Assembly: GCA_965202585.1 (NCBI GenBank)
Contig: OZ241829.1
Span: forward strand, 72,726,001-72,790,000
Length of the DNA: 64,000 nucleotides
From: Thalia democratica
Lineage: Eukaryota
Direction: 5' to 3'
Every line of letters starts with the position of its first letter. The first letter of the stretch is position 1. A program made the position numbers and the translations under genes. A model generated the notes under the pieces. The model had not been told where the DNA came from. It ran no database searches and worked only from the letters and a program-made list of their open reading frames with translations. Positions 1-11,519 of this stretch are shown here, piece after piece.

Positions 1-1648
1 TACTTTTTGTAACTGATTTGATTTTATGCATGTTAAACCAAATCTAAATTTTTAAGACTTTATCGTTTCAAAGTTTATAAATATAAATAAGGTTCTTTAT
101 AATAAATCATTTAAAAGGATTTTTTTAAGTTTAATTTTTAAACAGCAAGTTAGGTGGTTTCCTATCATTTGTTAATATGAAAACTTTTAGCGTTGAATAC
201 AGTTAAAAGAATATTAAAATAGATTGAAATCATTCATAAAAATTCTAAAAACTTTTTTTTTTAGTTTTAAAACAGTAAAACACGGAGTATTTTAAACGTA
301 AAAATGTGTTTTCAGTTTATATAACAAAATTGTAAGGTTTTTACTTGCTAAGTCTTAAATGTTCAAAAATAAAACTATTCATAAAAACATTTGTTATATT
401 AATAAATGTATATCTTCAGGTATGTTGAAAACAAAAATAAAGTTTTTATTTCAAATTATAAGTTTTTAGTCAATAACTATTAAATTATTTAATAATCAAT
501 TATACTCAAGTAAAAACTTGATTAAATGAAAATCCTTAATTAATAAATTCTTAATAAATACTTAATAAATTATTTGTTTTGCAAATTTTATTTTTATTTG
601 AATAAGCAACTTACAATTCAGTAGGTCGAGCAATTTTTTTTAGTTAAGACAATAACTATATAAATTTGAGATTAAAGATAAGTTTAATGATATACTTTTT
701 TGTAAAAAAAATGTTTTATTTGGATTACTTCTTTAATTTTTAATAACTGTCAAACATTCTTTACAACTTTATGCATTTATAGTTCTTTAGAATTTATTTT
801 TTTTAAGTTTTGTATTGACTTACACCTTGGTATTACCAACTTTTTTTTAATTATCATTTAAATTTATTGACAAAAACAGCTTTTAAATTACTTAAAGCAT
901 ATAAAAATTTACAATTTTTTTTTGTATTATACACTCGTTTTATATAAAAACAGTAGTTAATGACATAAACTTTATCGTTTAATCAAACTAAGGTATCTTA
1001 CTAAAAACTGTAAAATAGTTATGATGAATATATAAGAGAGATGGATAAGATACTCAATATATTTGTTGTATAATTTTTCAACAACTTCATGATATTTTTT
1101 AAACAAATAAAGATAAATAAACGTAATATGATACTTCTTGCTTTTGGTTTTTAAGTTTAATGAAGTCCAAAACCTTTTTTAGTAATAATATATTTTAATT
1201 TTAAGTACGAAAAAAATTTAACTTTAGTTTACAATTGATAGTTTAAATGTATAGTCAATAATAAATATATTATTTTCAAAAAAAATCAAAATTAAATCTG
1301 AATAGAATAAAGATTAGTCTTAATTTTATTACCATATTTAGCTAATTATTACAAATACACTAAATCTTTACATCACATTTATTACTTAAAAATGATTTTC
1401 AATAGGCAGAAATGTTTATTACTAAATAAAAAAGTTTTATGTTTTAGTTATCGAGTAAAAAATAAAAAAGTTTCAGTTAAACTATTAAACGTTTAATTTA
1501 ATATATTTTATTTTAATAAAAATAGCTGCTAGCTTACCTCTTTTAAATGAAAGTTTAGAAAAACTTATTATTTATATCTGTAAAGGTTTATTGAAAACAG
1601 TTGATAAATGTCATAAAATAAAGGTTAGTAGTTATTAAAACTGGTAAT

Positions 1649-2204
1649 ATGATAAAACTTCGACTACGTTTTGATGTCAGTTGGAGGAAAATTATTCTGG
1701 GTGTAGCTGGTATATCTGCTACTATTTTTGCATTGCAATATTTCACTTTTAAAAACAATAAACTGAAAGGCTGTTTGATATATGATGTTGTACAAAATAA
1801 AACAGACTCAAAGAAAAACAACAAAATGTCATACGTAGTTTCTGCAAAACCATAAAAATATTATGGATATGTATGTAATTTTTAAGGCTATTATATCTAA
1901 CAGTAGGGATGTATTTAAAACTACTTTGAAAACAATTGGCTTTATGCTGAAGTATATGGATGAAACAGACAAAAATAAAATAATCATTATCTTTAATACA
2001 CTAAGAATATTAAAAAAAGATGACGATGATAATGGGAAGATGTGTTTTAAAATATTGTGTGAATTTGCAAACCAAAATAGTTCTTTAGAAGATGATGCAA
2101 AAAAACTTTTAAAAAGTTACTCAATCTTGTTTGAAAAGTTTAATTACATTAGAATTAATAACTACAAAACTTTTGTTGAAGATAAAAATAAATGCTTGCT
2201 TTAA
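1649..2204 (+). pseudogene. Array copy A1: leader-type gene with a ~1-kb frameshifting internal deletion
   Basis: ORF 1649-1855 carries the family leader and ends at VSAKP*. ORF 1863-2204 is in another frame and matches the C-terminal third of copy 46479 (FMLKYMDE, LFEKF). The junction gcaaaacca|taaaaatattatggatatg joins sequence equivalent to ~46682 and ~47682. Confidence 0.9.
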
Positions 2205-3301
2205 GAAGATACTGATTAAAAAGCGCTTTATGTTAAGTTGTATTTGTTTACATGACTTTAGTTTTCGTGTATCATAATAACATATTTTTGTTATAACTAA
2301 TAAATAAATGCACAAAAGAATGACTTTTTTATAGAATAAGATAGTTAATTCGTTGAAATACTTAAAAGAAATATTTAATAACTTAAAAAATTATTATTAA
2401 CCGAAAGGTTAATTTGAGATTAAATTAAACTCGAAAGTAATATTCAAAGTTTGAAATACTTTTATAAGGTTAAAACAAAACTTAACATTGATGGTAAAAC
2501 TATAATAGATAGTATGTCATAAAATACTAAAATATTAAGATGTAACTTAGACCATACTGAAAAAAGATTTTTTTTTATTTTTTCTAAATGAATTTATACT
2601 TATCACCATAATTGTCTAGTTTTAAGCGCTACACTAAAATAAACGCTAAACAAACTACACATTAACAATTTATTTTAAACCACATTAAAAATGATGGAAA
2701 CAAAACATCTAGAAAAGTTATAATTAATCGATAAAATTAAAGCAAGACAAGTTTTGATTACCAGTTGAATTTTAATTAATTTAACATATTCTAAAATTGA
2801 CTCAATTAGTCTTATTAAAACACAACGGAATTTTAGTTATAAAAGAAAAATAACTACTAATTTTTTGCTTCTAAAGCTTAAAAACAATAATTATTAAAAA
2901 ATATAATTTTAGTTTTTTTAGTTATATCAAAATTTTTATAAAGTAATACATATTCACAGTAAATAGATAATGACTAGTAGTTTATATTTGTATAAGTACA
3001 GCGTACTAATATTGGTGTGAAATACGAATTTATACGGATTTATAATTAGCGTTGTGAAACAAACTACCATGCTTTTCAGCTGTTTGAGTATTTGTTTAAT
3101 GGATATTTATTTATTAATATCCTTATTTTTTATTGATAAATGTATTAACTTATGTTTTATTAAGTATAGTTTGCAATATTAAAATGAACACTGCTTATTT
3201 TATTATTAAAAAAAGCGATATAGTGTTCTTACGACACGTGAAAATACCGGCGTTGGATTTGATAAGTGTCGGCTATATATCCTTGATTATATGGTTTACA
3301 C

Positions 3302-4242
3302 TAGGGATGGGCAACGTACGGCCCGCAGGCCGGATCCGGCCCCCGGAGTCAAAATGACCGGCCCCCAAACCTTTTTTAAATATAAACGGAATCTGGCCTG
3401 CGGACAAAATTTATCCGGCCCGCGAGTGGATGATTCGGCCCGTTAGCCATTTTCAAAATTTATATGAAATCCTACAAGCCAATGTATGTGTTACAAAATT
3501 TGTATAAAACATTTTAAAAATTATTTTCACAAAATAAACTTTAAGACTTTAACCTAAAAACGTTTTTAAAAGTTATTTTTAACTTTTGTAGTAATAAAAA
3601 CACTCTTTTGTTGTAGTACCTTGTTCTGTTTCAAGTAAATTGAATTAATTCTATCACAAATTATCCAAAAACATTGTTTACTGTACTAACTTAGATGATC
3701 TTACCTATCATAATGATTTTCTTAAAAAATGACATGTAAAAAATTGATGTCTTTGCTAGATATGTAGTGAGCTGTTCTTATAAATGTTAAAAAAAGTAGT
3801 ATAATTTCGAATAGTGAAAAACTTTTAATGTTTTAGTTTGAAATCTTAGGCTCGAGAAACTTAATTATTGTTTTTATAAAACAAACTAGTATTAATTCGT
3901 TTCAGAGTTGTAATAAATACAAAATTATGAATACTTTATAAAATTTAACTTAAAGTTTTATACTTAAGAACCTTGGTAATTAAAAAATTGATTAAAAGTT
4001 TTAAAACACCAGATAAATTAGCATCCAGCCAAGTTCAAGTCTTTTGAAGTTTATTCTATTCGGATACGAACCTTGTCTAAAATTAGTATTTAGCCGGATC
4101 TGGATAACATTTTTGAATAAAGATCCGGATTTAAAAAAGGATCCAACTGAATCCGGTAGATCACTTATTCGAAATGCTTCGGCCCGCTAAGGACTAATTT
4201 TTTTAGATCCGGCCCATTAACTATTTACGTTGCCCACCCTTA
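3302..4242. mobile_element. Non-autonomous hAT-type DNA transposon (MITE)
   Basis: 17-bp TIRs TAGGGATGGGCAACGTA / TACGTTGCCCACCCTTA (2 mismatches). 8-bp TSD GTTTACAC (3294-3301) / GTTTACAT (4243-4250). GGCCC and CCGGATCC subterminal motifs. The paralogous site near 51050 is empty. Confidence 0.88.
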
Positions 4243-6317
4243 GTTTACATGTAAATCGAGTTAAATAACTTACTGTGACTAACGGCTTAAATTTATTAGT
4301 TAGTTTTTATTTTCTTTAGGTTTTTATAATAACTAAGTTTAAACTGACTTGTCTTATTAAGTTAAATTCAAGTTCAATTTGTGCATACAACAAAAAAACT
4401 AAACCCTGCTCACAACTTTGCTTATGTAAATATTATAAAATGTTTTTGTTTAGTACTGGTACTGTCTCTTAAGTAAAATTATTTATAAGATGCTCAAAGT
4501 ATGAGTAAAATAAATAGCTTAGAAGTTTGACAACATCTACTTCATGCCTTTTTACAATATGCTCAATTAAATCTGACTATTTTAAAATCTACACTTCTTA
4601 GATCTTAACACTAACATCTTGACAAACTAAGTACGAACATCTTTAGTATCAATAACCGCTTTATTTACCACATACTTTAACTTTTTGTTTTAAAGTATAT
4701 CATAAAACAAGTAAATCATCTTAGGGATGGTAAACTTCTGTAGTCAAAGGACGAGATTTATACCAAGCTATAGTACCTTTATGTGCACAGTTGATGACTT
4801 TCAAACTAATTATTTAACACTTGATTACTTATTTGGTAATGTTTGCTTTGTAAGCTAAATACTTAACGACTATCATTATTTCTACAAGCATTTTGAAAAT
4901 TATTATAATAATAAATTAAGGCTTAAAAAATACAGTGAGTATGTTTTACAAACAGAAAGTCCTATAAAACGCAATACGTACTACATTTAAATCATCGTTA
5001 CTATAACCTATAATTAATTTTAAACAACGGTAACTTTTATTGCGGAGAAGTAGTCATTTATATCAACTTTTCCATGTTAGACCACAGCTCTATGTATCAA
5101 AATACACTAATCAATTACTCTTCTGATACTTTAAAAATGCAGCATTTAAAGTGATACAGACAGCTACTGAAAAGTTTAAAAAGACAACAACATAAATAAA
5201 ATTTTAGTCGAAAGTTTTTTACAAAAAAAATACACTTAAAACATACAACGACAAAATAAAATAAATAAAAATGACAAAATTTATGTCTAATAAAATGTAA
5301 TATTACAGTTTTCTGAATATGTTATACTGAATTGTTTCAAACGTTAATGTTTTCTTCTAACATAAAATTTATTATAGTTTGACTCTTTCGGGTAAACATT
5401 AAAAATAAAAATAATTTTTGAATATTTATACAAAAACAAATATTTCTAAATCTCATTATGTTAGAACTTGTGAGTTAGTATTAAAAAAAGTATATATTAA
5501 CAATATAATTAAAAAAAAATACTTTTTTTTTTCTTTCTTTTAAAAAAATACTTACAGGTAAAACAAATAAATTCTAAAACTAAAAACTATTAATAAGTGA
5601 TAAAATATAACGAAAATGAGTTTCATTTTTTCATCAATAGTTATACATTTTTGTTTAATTAAGTTCAAATACATATAAATTTGTAAATTATTTAAAGAAA
5701 TTTTAATTTTCAATCAAAATTAATGATTAAATTTACTTTTATGTCAGTAAAAAAATAACATATGTATTTACTTAACTTATACGTTCATTAGACTTAAAAC
5801 TGAGCTTAAAAATAAACTAATTTCATAGTGATTTAGCATTTTTCCTTCTACTTTACTAAGTGTTATGTTATGTCTTAAGTTTGTTAAAGTTCAAATCTTT
5901 CTAAAATAAGTATATTTATGTTTCGATTTTAATAAAAAAAAAAATTTTAATTTTTAATTTTGCTAAATTTTAGATATTGCAATAAAAATGAAGTATTTAC
6001 TCAAAAAACTACCAAATCAAAAGCTAAATAAAATAATAATGCTCAGTCTTAATCTTATAGCCTTTAAAAAATTTAAATATGAATATTCAGTATGTTTTAA
6101 TGTTTCTTAAAATAAAAAACAATAAAGTTTTTGTTTTGATAATAAAGTTTTAAAATAAAACATTATAAATTTATTTTTTTATGGATACTTTTTTAAAATA
6201 AAAGGCTGCTAGCTCATCTCTTTTATTTAAAAGTTATGGAAAAGTGTATTGTTAATTATTAATAATTTTATTAAAAACAATAGATTAATAATTTGTTAAC
6301 AGGTGAGTAGTTGTAAA

Positions 6318-7928
6318 ATGATAAAACTTCGATTAAGTTTTGATTTCAGTTTAAGCAAAGTTATTCTGGGTGTAGCTGGTATATCTGCTACTACTTTTGC
6401 ATTTCAGTATTTCATTTCAAAGAACAATAAATTAAACGGATTGTTAGAAAATTATTTTGGTTTGAAGAAAGGCATTTTAGTGTCAACTTTAGTTTCTTCA
6501 AAAACTTTGGTTGAGCCTGAAATCGGTAAAGATAATTTAGCTAAAAATGAGTTCAAAAACAGCAAAACTGAAAATGATTTAAAATTGTTTACAAGTAAAA
6601 GTAAAAGTGTTTCCCCCCCAGTTGTAAGTAAGGAAGTAATCCGAAAGATAACGGTAAGTAACCGTGAATTCAATTCAAAAAGTGATAAGTCAATACCAAA
6701 ATCTGATCCAAACTGCGAAGAAACTATTTCAAAAACCGAATCAAGCTATGAAAAGTCAGCCTCGAAAATCGACTCAAACTGTGAGAAGTTAGTATCAAAA
6801 ACTGAATTGAACTGTAAAATGCCAATCCCAGAAACTGATTTAGATTGTAGAAAATCAACTTTAAAGTTTGATTTAGACAACACAAACGTTGATGAAGGAA
6901 GTTTAAACCAATTGAAAAACAAAAGTACAGAATTTCATTACAGTAAAGTTTCAAGTGGGTTTAAGAAGATAGGTAACATAAAAGATGGTAGCCAATTTAA
7001 AATGACGGATAAAAATACTGATATGTTTAATAAGAATATTGATATAAACTATAAAAATTCAGTCTCAAAAACTGATACAAACTGCAAAAAGTCTATTTCA
7101 AAGTCTGTCCAAGACAAAACGAATATCAATAAGGAAAGTCAAGACCAATTGTCAATTAAAAGTGTAAAAATTCTTGACAATAAAAATATTATAGGAGCAA
7201 GTGCAAGTACATTAAAGGAGGATTTTCAAACTTTTGAGAAAAAATCTAACGTGCATATTAAAAAAAAGCCTGAAAATAATAAAGTTGAAAAACTTCGTAA
7301 TGAATTAAATGAGCAGTATTTATTTTTTGAGAAGACCTTAAAACTTATAAATGCTGAACAAAAAGCACATGAGAATAATATTGGTCAATTGGAGACAAAT
7401 ATTTCTGTTGCTTCATTGTATAAAGTAATATCAAACCGTAAAAATACAATTTTAGAAAATCTAAATAAACCAAAGGGTAACAGAATTTTGAAACAGTTTT
7501 TTCAAAGTATATTTAGTTTACAGCTAAAGGTTTGGAAAAAAGCGAGTGTATGTTTAAAATACAAAAGTAAATTATCCGATGAAAAAAATGAAAGTATTAA
7601 GGATACGTTTGATAATATAAAAGCTTTATTAGACATATGTGATGATACATTAAAAAACACTTTAAAAAGAATTAATATAGTGCTAAAGTATATTGATGAA
7701 ACTGATAAAATTGAAATAAATAATATTAATAAGTCACTTAATGAGATAAAAATGAATATAATGATGCAGAAGTTGAAAAATACATTCCAAGAGTTAGGAA
7801 AAGAAAATATTATTTTAGATGATGATATAAATGACATTTCAGATAGCTTGAAAAACTTGTTTTGCAAGTACAATCAAGTTTGTTCTAATTTCTACAAAAT
7901 TTTAGCTAAAGGTTTTATCACTAAATAA
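6318..7928 (+). CDS. Array copy B1, intact, 536 aa: signal-anchor leader, 11-aa repeats, 49-aa-type repeat, helical C-terminal domain
   Basis: Uninterrupted ORF. ATG 6318 aligns with the start of all paralogs (the ORF track uses an upstream GTG at 6303). Preceded by AACAG at 6298-6302 and followed by AATAAA at 8076. Confidence 0.88.
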   Translation: MIKLRLSFDFSLSKVILGVAGISATTFAFQYFISKNNKLNGLLENYFGLKKGILVSTLVSSKTLVEPEIGKDNLAKNEFKNSKTENDLKLFTSKSKSVSPPVVSKEVIRKITVSNREFNSKSDKSIPKSDPNCEETISKTESSYEKSASKIDSNCEKLVSKTELNCKMPIPETDLDCRKSTLKFDLDNTNVDEGSLNQLKNKSTEFHYSKVSSGFKKIGNIKDGSQFKMTDKNTDMFNKNIDINYKNSVSKTDTNCKKSISKSVQDKTNINKESQDQLSIKSVKILDNKNIIGASASTLKEDFQTFEKKSNVHIKKKPENNKVEKLRNELNEQYLFFEKTLKLINAEQKAHENNIGQLETNISVASLYKVISNRKNTILENLNKPKGNRILKQFFQSIFSLQLKVWKKASVCLKYKSKLSDEKNESIKDTFDNIKALLDICDDTLKNTLKRINIVLKYIDETDKIEINNINKSLNEIKMNIMMQKLKNTFQELGKENIILDDDINDISDSLKNLFCKYNQVCSNFYKILAKGFITK

Positions 7929-9800
7929 CTAAATATGTTGATATATAAGACTATAAAACATTCTGTTTCGTTCTTTTTTGCTGTTTCGTTCTGTTTTTTG
8001 TTTACTCGTATTATTAAAAAAATTTTGCTTTTGTTTATAAATTCAATGCACAACAAGTGTAACTCAATTTGGTAGAATAAATAATGGTTATTTAAAGACA
8101 TTTTCGTCACATAAGTCAACGATTACAAAAATATAAATACTTTAGATACTTTACATAAATTTAAATTATACTTAAATATGATCTTCAACATCGAGAATAT
8201 TTTCTTAAACTCAACATAATTTATAATTTAGGTTTAAGTAGAAATAAACATTTTAATCTCTAGTTATGATATATAAATATTATTAAATAACATCTTTGTG
8301 ATGATTCTTTAGTTAAGTTTGTTTATTTTAAATTTTAATTGTTTACTAACTAGGTTCCATAAAATTAAAACATATCATCTTAAAAATAATGGCATTTTGT
8401 GTAACTACGCTTATAACAATTAGAAACTACAGAAAATAAATAATCATAAAACAATAAACATTAATAGTTGTCAAAAAATCAAAACATACTTTTTCAAAAT
8501 GCATTTGATTTTAAAATGAGTAATTGAAATTTTAGTTTTAATAAGAATGATGTTAATTCAATATTTGCTTTATACTTAAATAGTGAGTTTGGTGAAAAAT
8601 AAAATAGTGTTTATAATTTTCATTTATTAAATATTATGGATAATTTATGGGCAGTATGATATGAAGCGAGTCGATATTGTACTAGTGTTCGAATAAAGAC
8701 AATAAAATTATTTTTTTAACACTGATCTAGGTTAAATTTATTTTCAAGAGTTATAATTGTTTAGTTATTAGTTTGAAGAGTAAACTATTGATAAATGCTT
8801 TGACTTCTTTTCTTACTTGACGTCTAAATAAATATATCTTTCTTTGTTTAGTTTATTCACAAACTAAATACAAGAATGATAAAGTATGTAATACAAAACA
8901 TATAAACTTACAAAAATAATAAAAGAATTAAATTTTTTATCCAAAACACTTTTTGAGACTTCGATTTTTTTGTTAATAGAAGCTGTATTATAAATGAATA
9001 TTTTTTACTGTCACAATATTGTAATATATACCCAGGTGTTCTTTTTTAATTAAATTCAAATTACCTTTGATATGTGCGCCCTATAAAAAACTATTTAAAT
9101 ACTGAATTTTCAGAACTTTATTTGCTATGTAACCATGGACAACTGTCTACTAAAGTGTTATAGTTTAAAAATTTACTCTCAGTGAAAAAAAATTAAATTG
9201 TTTAGTTTTTATCAAACAATACTTGTAAAAATCTTCTTATTATTATGTTTGATGGAACATGTAATAGTTATTTAAAACTGTTAAAAAATAGTTCTAAATA
9301 TATATTCATTTGTAAACTAGCACAACATTAAAATTCTGTTCTAAAGTACCATGCAGAATTTTGTAAGTAAATATTTAAAAACAAAAAGTATAATTTATTG
9401 ATTTATCTCAGACAAGGCTAAGTACGCTGAAAAATAAAGCTAATTTATTTAAAAAAATATTTTAAACATTAAGATAAGGATTTAAAAAGTTCATTTTTTG
9501 ATTCAATAAATAATTTAATCTTAAGGTATTTATATGTTTTTTTATAGAATTTCAATCAGTAGACTACAGGTATAAATTACTCATAAAAGTGTACAAAACG
9601 CACATCAAAATTTTTATCAAAGTTTAAGTTTTTCAGAGTTTTTTCGTATATAGGTAAGCTTCAAAATCTTAATAATTTATCTATTAAAAGATTTTTTTTT
9701 GATGTGTCAGTAGCTTTTTTAACGTTAGCCAAGAAATTTTAAAAATATAAATTAGTTTAAAGCTTCATGTTACAGGTGAGCAGTTAGTAAAACTTTTATA

Positions 9801-11517
9801 ATGATAAAACTTAAATTTTGTTTTGATGTCAGCTTTACCAATGTTATTCTGGGTGTAGCTGGTATATCTACTACAGTTTGTGGATTTCAGTATTTCATTT
9901 TAAACAAAAGTAAGCTAAAAGATTTTTAAAGAACGATATTGTACGGAATAAAACACACTCAGAGAAAGAGAGTAAAGTGTCAAACCTAGTTTCTGCAAAA
10001 CCAACAATTGTGTCAAAACTTAGTAAAAACAAATCAGCTACAGATGCCTTCAAAAACAACAAACCTCAGGTTGGCTTAGATAAGTTTTCAAATAAATATA
10101 AAGGATATATCACTCCTACTAACGAAATCTTTAGAAAGACATCAGATTGTAGAGGTGAATATAACTCAAACTATGAAAAAACAATCTAGAAATCTGATTT
10201 AAACTATGTAGGACTAATTCCTTGAAATATATCATGCAAAGCGAATATTACTGAAGTACGTTTAGGTCAAGTAAAAGATAAAAGCATAAAGGCTCTTGAT
10301 AAGATAGCTGGGATTAGAACTAATGCAACTAATTCTAATGACGATTTACAAACTGTTGAGGAAAAATCTAAAGTAAATATTAAAAAGGAGCCTGTAAAAA
10401 AAGTAAGTCCAGACCAATTGAACGATGAAAGAACTCAGGTTCTTGATAAGGAAAATAGTTTAGAAGCTGATAGAAATACCTCTAATGACGATTTGCAAAA
10501 TGTTGAGGAAACATCAAAAGTAAAAATTGAAAATGAGCCTTTGAATGAAGGAAGATTAGAAAAATTAAAAGATGAAAATGTAAAAGTTCTTGACGAAGGA
10601 GCAAGTTCAGAAGCAGACACAAGTACTACAAGTAATGACGATTTTCAAATGTCAAGGTAAAATATAAAGTGTGTATTAAAAAGAAGCCTATAAATAAAAA
10701 TAGTTCAGACCATTTGATAGATAAAAATATAAAAGTTCTTGGCAAAAATGCTAGATTCAAAAATATTGAAAGTTCTACAAAAGACGGTTTGCAAACTGTT
10801 AAGGTCATACCTTAGGAGAAAAAATAAAAGGATCTGAAAATAGAATAGAACAACTACGTAACGATTTACTTCAACGGCAACAATTTTTTGAGGAGATTCT
10901 TAGATTAATAAAAACTGAAGAGTTTGAACTTGACCAAAACCTCGATCAGCTGAGAAAAGGGACATCAGCAATTTCTTTGTATAAAAAAGTTTGCAATCGT
11001 CAAACTGAAATCCGTGAAAAGAAGACCGATCAAATTTACAATAAAAATATGAAAGATTATTTTAAAGATGTTTGTGATTTAAAGGAAAAAGTATGGAAAG
11101 AAGCGGGTAATAAACCAATACATGCCACTACTTAATTATCAAACAAAAAACAGAAGAATCTCAAGGACAAGTTTGATTGTATACAAGATGTGTTAGAAAA
11201 TTGTGGAGGCTTAGTTGAGCTTTATTTTAAAACAGTTAAGTCTATGGTCGAGTTTATGGAAGTTAATGAATCTAAAACTGAACTTTTTTTTTGAAGTGTC
11301 TGATCATTTTCTTTCTGAAAATGAGGAGTATCAGAAGAAAATTCTCATAATGTTTTGCCGTTTTAAAAATAAATTTAGCTGTGATGCTATATGGTCAACT
11401 TTAGATACTACAAAGAAAAATTTTGGTTGTTTGTTTCGTAAGTTTTACTGTATTTGTAGAAATAGTTATAAGACTTTAGTTGAAGATGAGTATGAAAAAT
11501 ATGATGATAAAAATTAG
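9801..11517 (+). pseudogene. Array copy C1, multiple frameshifts and stops
   Basis: Leader at 9801 ends at TAA 9927-9929 after a 1-nt loss in a T run. Fragments 9977-10189, 10418-10660 and 11215-11517 are colinear with the intact C-type copy at 22844. Four 49-aa-type repeats. Confidence 0.9.
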
Positions 11518-11519
11518 AA

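Noticed and set aside
3133-3357. 74-aa ORF, and likewise the ORFs at 32099-32350 and 32163-32366
   Set aside because: They run into or lie within GC-rich MITE subterminal repeats and are not present at the empty paralogous site.
6303-6317. Upstream GTG starts given by the ORF track (6303, 57529)
   Set aside because: All paralogs align at ATG ATA AAA, and the extensions cross the conserved CAG junction and are not conserved.
6654-6659. Internal GTAAGT donor in B1, exactly removed by the 13-nt deletion in B2
   Set aside because: The B1 frame is open through it, other subtypes lack it, and no matching acceptor is evident. It is probably coincidental.
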